A DNA stretch of 59,275 bases, filler included, from Dugesia japonica (taxonomy: Eukaryota), in the NCBI GenBank assembly GCA_001938525.1. It is 5 parts of 5 records of this genome, joined end to end, with 100 filler letters (N's around TTAATTAATTAA, not from the genome) between each part and the next. Parts side by side here need not be neighbours in the genome. Positions count along the whole stretch, not along the records: positions 38,846 to 59,275 come from MQRL01628381.1; 4 more parts are not named here. One strand, written 5' to 3'. The position numbers were made by a program, and so were the translations under genes. The notes below the pieces were generated by a model, which saw only the letters and a program-made list of their open reading frames with translations, searched no databases and was not told where the DNA came from. This document shows, in pieces, positions 53,410 through 59,275 of the stretch; the stretch's first letter is position 1; the number at the start of each line of letters is the position of its first letter.

Positions 53410-53950
53410 TTAGAAGTGTTTGAAAATGGTATAGAGTTTCCATGAAGTGTTGGAATATTATTTAGAATTTCAGAGAAGTGTTGGAAATTTATAAAGAATT
53501 TCTGAGATGTATTAAAAATTTAGAAAGAATTTCAGAGAAATGTTGGAAACTTATTCAAAATTTCCACGCAGTCGTGAAAGTTTATCTAAAATTTCACAGA
53601 AGTCATGGAAGTCTATCTAAGATTTCACAGAAGTCATGGAAATATATCCAAAGTTTCTACGTAGTGTGTGAAAATTAATAAAAATTTCACAGAAGTCATA
53701 AATTGATATACGATGATACTCTATTAACTATGTCCAAGGATTTACATTGTAATCAAGCATTTGCCTTTCTTTGGATTAATAAAAGGCAATTTTGGATTGT
53801 TGCACATATTTATTTGGTGTGTACAAATCATCAATTATTGACAATATAGTACTAAAAACATGAAAGTTATTTATTTTAATTTCAAAAGGAAAGAAGCCTA
53901 CCATTGATTTTAAATAATTTTAATTAAAATTATTAATTTATTATATTAAA
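53410..53950 (+). repeat. About 29-bp degenerate tandem array plus flank; 53650-53950 is repeated at 39830-40110
   Basis: Units such as GAAGTGTTGGAAATTTATAAAGAATTTCT and ATTTCACAGAAGTCAT; shared GTGAAAATTAATA.AAATTTCACAGAAGTCATAAATT. Confidence 0.75.
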
Positions 53951-54661
53951 ATTTTAAATTTATTTTGTTTAAATTCATTGTTTGCAATAAATGTAATCTT
54001 TTCAAATTTCCAAAATTTATTACTCATGTATATAAGTCAAATCTTTAATAATTTCTTAAACTTATAAATGAAATGGGACAACANTTGCATGTCTTCAATC
54101 TAGACCAATACAAATCATTAAACTTAATACATTCATAACCCAATACAGTCAATAAACTAGTACATTCATTAAAAATATTGATCCTATACATTTAATATGA
54201 TATAGTAAAACCAGTATAATATAGTAGAACTAAATTAAACTATGTGTTAATATAGACCCTTACTTACTTTACCTAAATCTATTAAGTTCTCATTAAGATA
54301 TACAATTAGCTATTCATTTCATTAATTACCCCAAATACATACAATTCATATACTTTTTCAATAAATGTTTAAATAAAACACTTAAAAGTAAATTAAATAA
54401 AAATTTTTATTATCTAATATTTATTAATATACATTGTCGTCAACTCCTGGCATTTCTTTAATCTGGTACAGGTATATTCCTGATACCTAGAATATTAAAT
54501 CTTCTCCTAAGTTCGGTATTCTTTTAGAATTTGTATAAATAATAACAATTGATTCATTAGTATAATGTAAATAAACTACACCTTTTCCAATTACATGTTA
54601 TACTTCTGACCATTCTTCTTTTTCTATTTATTCTTCTTATTGTTACACACAGACTCATTAT

Positions 54662-54874
54662 TCACGAGAAATTTGCGAGTTCTAATACTCCAAATGCAAT
54701 TGGTAGTAATTCTGTTATAAATCCGCCATATTGTTTATACAAAATCTTTTTTATTAATTTCTTATTCTATGTATTTATAAGTGTTAACAGCGACTTTTTA
54801 TGTTTTTCCTATGCCTGTCTTCTATTTTTGCTTAAAGTTACATTACCATGAACGAAATTCACAATAATCTCAAG
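54662..54874 (-). pseudogene. Second Maverick PW-like gene, cut at its 5' side by the 54875 terminus
   Basis: EIIVNFVHGNVTLSKNRRQA*EKHKKSLLTLINT*NKKLIKKILYKQYGGFITELLPIAFG; homologous to 22190-22440. Confidence 0.8.
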
Positions 54875-55090
54875 AGTAGGTAGATCCTAGTGCATGTATA
54901 AAAATTTTCAAGGTCAAAGTGGCTTCATATACTCAATTTTGATTGGTCGAAATTTTCAAGGTCATATTATTTCAAGGTTAAAGTGGCTACGTATACTCGA
55001 CTTNGATTAGTGGTAAGTTTTTTCCAATGTCAATGTGGCTACGTATACTCAATTCTGATTAAAAGAAATGTTTTCAAGTTCAAAATTGTG
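54875..55090 (+). mobile_element. Maverick-type left terminus with TCAAGGTCA / GTGGCTACGTATACTC / GATTGG subterminal repeats
   Basis: AGTAGGTAGATCCTAGTGCA; repeats match the reverse complement of 29830-29985. Confidence 0.75.
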
Positions 55091-56342
55091 TGATGACTGG
55101 GGACAGTTTTAGTTTAATTAAAGATGAAATTCAATAATTAAATTTACATAACTTTAATATTTGGTTTATATTAATGAGGGACAAATCTTATATTAAGAAA
55201 TTTAAATTACTATAAATAGTATATTATATCTTAAAGTGAAAAGAAAAATAAATATAATTACTAAAAATAATGCGAACAAAAATAAAATAAAATAAGATAA
55301 AATAAAATAAGGTAGGTGAAAATAAAATAAAGTAGATAAACCACCTACAGTTAAAAACTTTTGTATAAATATGAATTGTGTAGATAGTAATACTGCACAA
55401 ATTATCATTTTATTAAGGTAAAATATTGATTATTTTATTAAGGTACAAGTTAATCAACATTTGTTATCGTGNAATACTATTTGGAAATTCGGTCAATATA
55501 TTAATTGGAATTACTTTTCGGGAAAATTATTGTTTTTTAAGGAGTAAATTTTTTATTTAAAATTTTCTAATTTTTATAAAACAACTGGGATAGCTTTTTA
55601 ATTTGAAAAAGTTAATATTTTCAATTTAATTTCATAGTCTGTTAAAGACTAGTTTTTATTTATTTTTCAAATTATTTGAAGTCTGTTAAAGACTTGTTAA
55701 TAAAATTTTGGAAAGTCTGACATAGACTAGTGTTTTAGTTAATTTATTTTATATAATTTTATTTCATTGATATTACTTTTATTAGTCAGTTATTTACTAG
55801 CAAACAAAGTATTAATTAAAATTTAAAAAAGGGATACTGTTAGACATAATTGTTAGCAGGTATCCTGTGTTTTCCAAAAATCAATATAAAAATTACCGAG
55901 ACCCAAAAATCTCGTTTCTTGTGTCCATTGTTTAAAGGTGGTGTGCTGCGATTTGTTTGTGCGTATAACCTTTAGGTCAGTAGTTATTTCTGAGCTCTTT
56001 CAATTAAATTATATAGGAGCAGGTTGCTCGAAAAAGGTATCCCTAAAATTCAGATTTACTTTATATTTTATTTAGTCAATTTTTTTGTAAAATTGTTTAT
56101 AGTTTTAATAAAAGTTTATTATAAAATAAACGTGTTATCTTGATTGATTTATATTTATTTATTATATAATTACTTATAATGAATAAAATAACGTTATACC
56201 TACACGCCTATTTAATTTATATTTGGAGTCAGATAAATATTTTTTGAACGACCAGATAGGAAATGAAAAAGTAAGATAGTATTGTCTTATTACCTAAAGC
56301 GTAAAATAATTCCTTCCCTATTAAATTCGCTTTTAAATTATA

Positions 56343-58794
56343 TGTAGGTAAATAGTAGCGCAATAGATCACCCTTGCCCCTCCTCCTAGACAAGAAACTT
56401 TTATAACAAAGACAATGATTCATACCTATGACTCATTGATGACTGAAAAAAGACGATGACTCAGCATGATGACTCATTGATGACTAGAACAAAGACAAGG
56501 ACTCATCGTATTTTAGATTAAGAGTCATCGTTTTTATTGATCATAAGTCATAGTTTTTCTTAAAGTTATTTTCAAAGTCAGTTATCTATTACCCACGATT
56601 CTGATTGGTCAGTGATATAGTATCCATAATTCTGTATGGTAGACATTATTCAAAGGTTTAATGATGAGCCCCCTATAAAAAATTTTTTTAATTTTTTATT
56701 TATTTATTTTTTGTAAATTTTTTTTTAAAAATTTTTTTTACCAGTTCATCGTTTTTTTTAAGGTTATCCATTTGTATTTTTTTATCAAGGTCATCCAATA
56801 TTATGAGCACTACTACGTTTTCGAGTGTATTATTGCTTAGGTACCATGTAATATGTAAACAACAACCGTTTAATATATGGTTTTTGTATTAGTTGCATAG
56901 TTAACTGGTAATCATGTATTATAATGTTTTTGAGTGTTATACATATATAGCAAAATGAGTATATAAGGATTATGAGTGTATTATTTACATAGTAACCCTG
57001 TAATATAGGTTTTATGATTATATTATTTGAATAGTTACCTTGTATTATTTACATTGCAACCGTGTATTTAAGGGTTTATGAATGTATTATTTGCCTAGTT
57101 ACCTTGTGTTATTTACATATTAACCGTATATATTAGGGTTTATGAGTATATTATTTACATATTAACCGTGTGATTTAAGGTTTACGAGTGTAGTATTTGC
57201 ATAGTTACCTTGTATTATTTAAATATTAAACGTGTATTATTTACATATTAACCGTGTATTTAAAGTTTATGAGTGTATTATTTATCTAGTTACCTTGTAT
57301 TATTTACATAGTAACCGTGTATTTTAGGGTTTATAATTCTACTATTTACATATTAACTGTGTAATCAAAGGTTTACGAGTGTATTATTTGCATAGTTACC
57401 TTGTATTATTAACATAGCAACCATGTATTACATGGTTTATCATGTAAATATGGTTTATGAGTGTATATGATTTTAATATTTATAATGTAAAATTACTGTA
57501 TTAATACTTAATGTCTACTTGGTGTTATGTTTTTTACTGCAATAAATCATTATGAAAACATTAGTAATATTTAATTATATAACATTTTATATAACATAAA
57601 GAAAGACAAAATATAAATACATTTATTCAATGATAACAAATATATTCATTGTATTTATTCATTTCAGTCAGATGCTTCTCCTTGGCAACCAGAAAATTAA
57701 ACGTTTCACATCCATTACAGTTAAGTGCGCAAAATTCCGGCGACATATATATTATATATATGCATAATATAAAACCACAACGTAATATATAAATTATTTG
57801 AAATTTAAATATCTAAATTTAAATTAATATTTTTTCGTACTTGAATTGTAAACGTTTTGCATTCATGTTGCGAAGTTTCTAAATTATTTCAATCAAATCA
57901 AATAAATATGAAGTAATGTTATTCACATATCCTTGAAAATTCAACTTTTAAAGCGTTAGTATTACTAGTTTTTCTGTTGAGAACGCATTTATACATAAAG
58001 TGTCATATTTTATAAGTCGTATAGGAAATAACTCCGGTTCAAACCAGTAGCTGACTATTCTTGCTAATTTATACATATTTATTGAAACTCACATATTTAC
58101 AACAATTAATAGTGACTTTAATTGTAAATTTTTATATCGTAGTGGTTCAATTCATGCGGTTTCAATGGTTTCTAACAACCCATTATTCCACATTTTTATG
58201 ATCTAAAGTAAATAATTGTAAAGTTATCACTTTTGACTTAAAATTGACATGGTATGTGTATAAAAAAGCTCATTTTATTTGTTACTTTTGCATCACTTCA
58301 TCTCTGTAATTAATATTGGTAATCATAATTAATGAATTTAGACGAAAATTTATATGAAAATTTCTCACACTCATAAACTATATTCATTCATAAAATATTC
58401 ACTTTTAAGATTTTATATAGACTTAGGAGACGGTTACTCAGTAATTTTAAGATATATATGAAAACGTTACATAATTATAAATCATATACACTCACAATCC
58501 CTTATATATACATACAAATATTTACTTAGTTATTTATCAGTTATTTTTGAAATAATTTCCACACTCATACACCATATAAACTCGAAAAACCTATACTACA
58601 CAGTGTTTAAGTAAATAATACAATGCAAATATACAAATATTACACTCATAAACCCTATATTATAAGTACCTTCATAAGCCTTTTATTACACGTTTGATAT
58701 GTATATAATTTCTTAAAAAGTATTATATTTCATAAACCTTATATTTTTTGGTTGCTATGTAAGTATAACACTCATAGACATTATAATACATGAT
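56343..58794. mobile_element. Mini Maverick-type element: long inverted arms with tandem arrays around a ~0.8-kb cargo; right arm interrupted at 58795
   Basis: Terminus TGTAGGTAAATAGTAGCGCAATAGATCACCC; GTTTATGAGTGTATTATTTACATA arrays (56800-57470) mirrored by ACACTCATAAAC arrays (58365-58794); 56911-56952 is the near reverse complement of 58752-58794. Confidence 0.75.
57879..58326 (-). pseudogene. Decayed minimal TATA-binding-protein-like gene (about 148 codons, two frameshifts, several stops)
   Basis: MITNINYR...TLQLF..KCGIMGC...NLQLKSLLIVVNM*VSINMYKLARIVSYWFEPELFPIRLIKYDTLCINAFSTEKLVILTL*KLNFQGYVNNITSYL aligns by eye to both TBP repeats (YEPELFP..IFVSGKVVLTGAK..AFENIYPIL). Confidence 0.75.
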
Positions 58795-59275
58795 AGTAGT
58801 TGGATAGTGGCCGTAAAGAACAGCACACATTCAGCAAACCCCCCCCCCGCCCCCTATACGTAAATGGATTATGACATAACTGTTTTTAAATTTTTCTAAT
58901 GTATTTAGTTGGGAAAATTTTTCAGGCTTTTTAGTTGTGAATTGGCTCTGTGAGGTCGATGAGGTTGAATTTTGATTGGTTTTAAGTGGTTTTTGTCAAA
59001 ACCTTTCTCGGTGAGGTGGAATAAGATTGATTTTTGATTGGTTTAAGTGAATTTGGTTTGAAATTTTCTCGGTGAGGTCGAATTTGGTCAATTTTTGAAT
59101 GGTTCAGGTTAATTTGGTCAAATATTTCCTCGGGATTGGTTGGTTTGGGTAATTTTTGGGCGTTTTGGTCTAATGTTTTCTTTGGCATTGATGATTTTTA
59201 TTGATTTAGGTGAACTTGGTTGAAAGTTTTCTCGGTTAGGTTGAATATAGTCAATTTTTGATTGGTTCAGTTGAA
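58795..59275 (+). mobile_element. Maverick-type left terminus followed by ~60-bp tandem repeats rich in ATTGG
   Basis: AGTAGTTGGATAGTGGCC..poly-C; repeated TTTCTCGGTGAGGTCGAATTTGGTCAATTTTTGATTGGTT. Confidence 0.75.

Noticed and set aside
56800-57470. CRISPR-like array
   Set aside because: Degenerate tandem units without unique spacers, eukaryotic context, no cas genes.

Overview
Very AT-rich eukaryotic (animal-like) scaffold segment with tiny spliceosomal introns (about 40-52 nt). It has many N-gaps, four of which carry an artificial TTAATTAATTAA linker, so adjacency across those gaps is not trustworthy. Three host genes are recognisable: NIP7 (1-556, minus), the 3' exons of a CCDC142-like gene (15.7-16.4 kb) and a secreted PAN/Apple + TCAF-N-like two-exon gene (49.5-50.4 kb). 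The rest is decayed mobile DNA: five Ty3/Gypsy remnants (1.8-19 kb), a hAT transposase pseudogene, the 3' end of a restriction-like-endonuclease non-LTR retrotransposon, and a dense Maverick/Polinton complex. That complex comprises one large decayed element (ATPase, PW-like, integrase-chromo, minor capsid, PM-like, adenain protease, 5' part of pPolB), two more coding fragments, and about 14 short termini of consensus AGTAG(A/G/T)T(A/G)GATAGTRGCGCACTGG-polyC. Most notable are mini-elements built on these termini: a 1.1-kb non-coding foldback with an exact 6-bp TSD (45544-46658), and a roughly 2.5-kb element whose long inverted arms enclose a decayed minimal TATA-binding-protein-like gene (57879-58326). 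An unnamed coiled-coil gene family with a conserved downstream DNA motif also occurs twice. All homology calls are from manual translation and recalled motifs; no searches were run.
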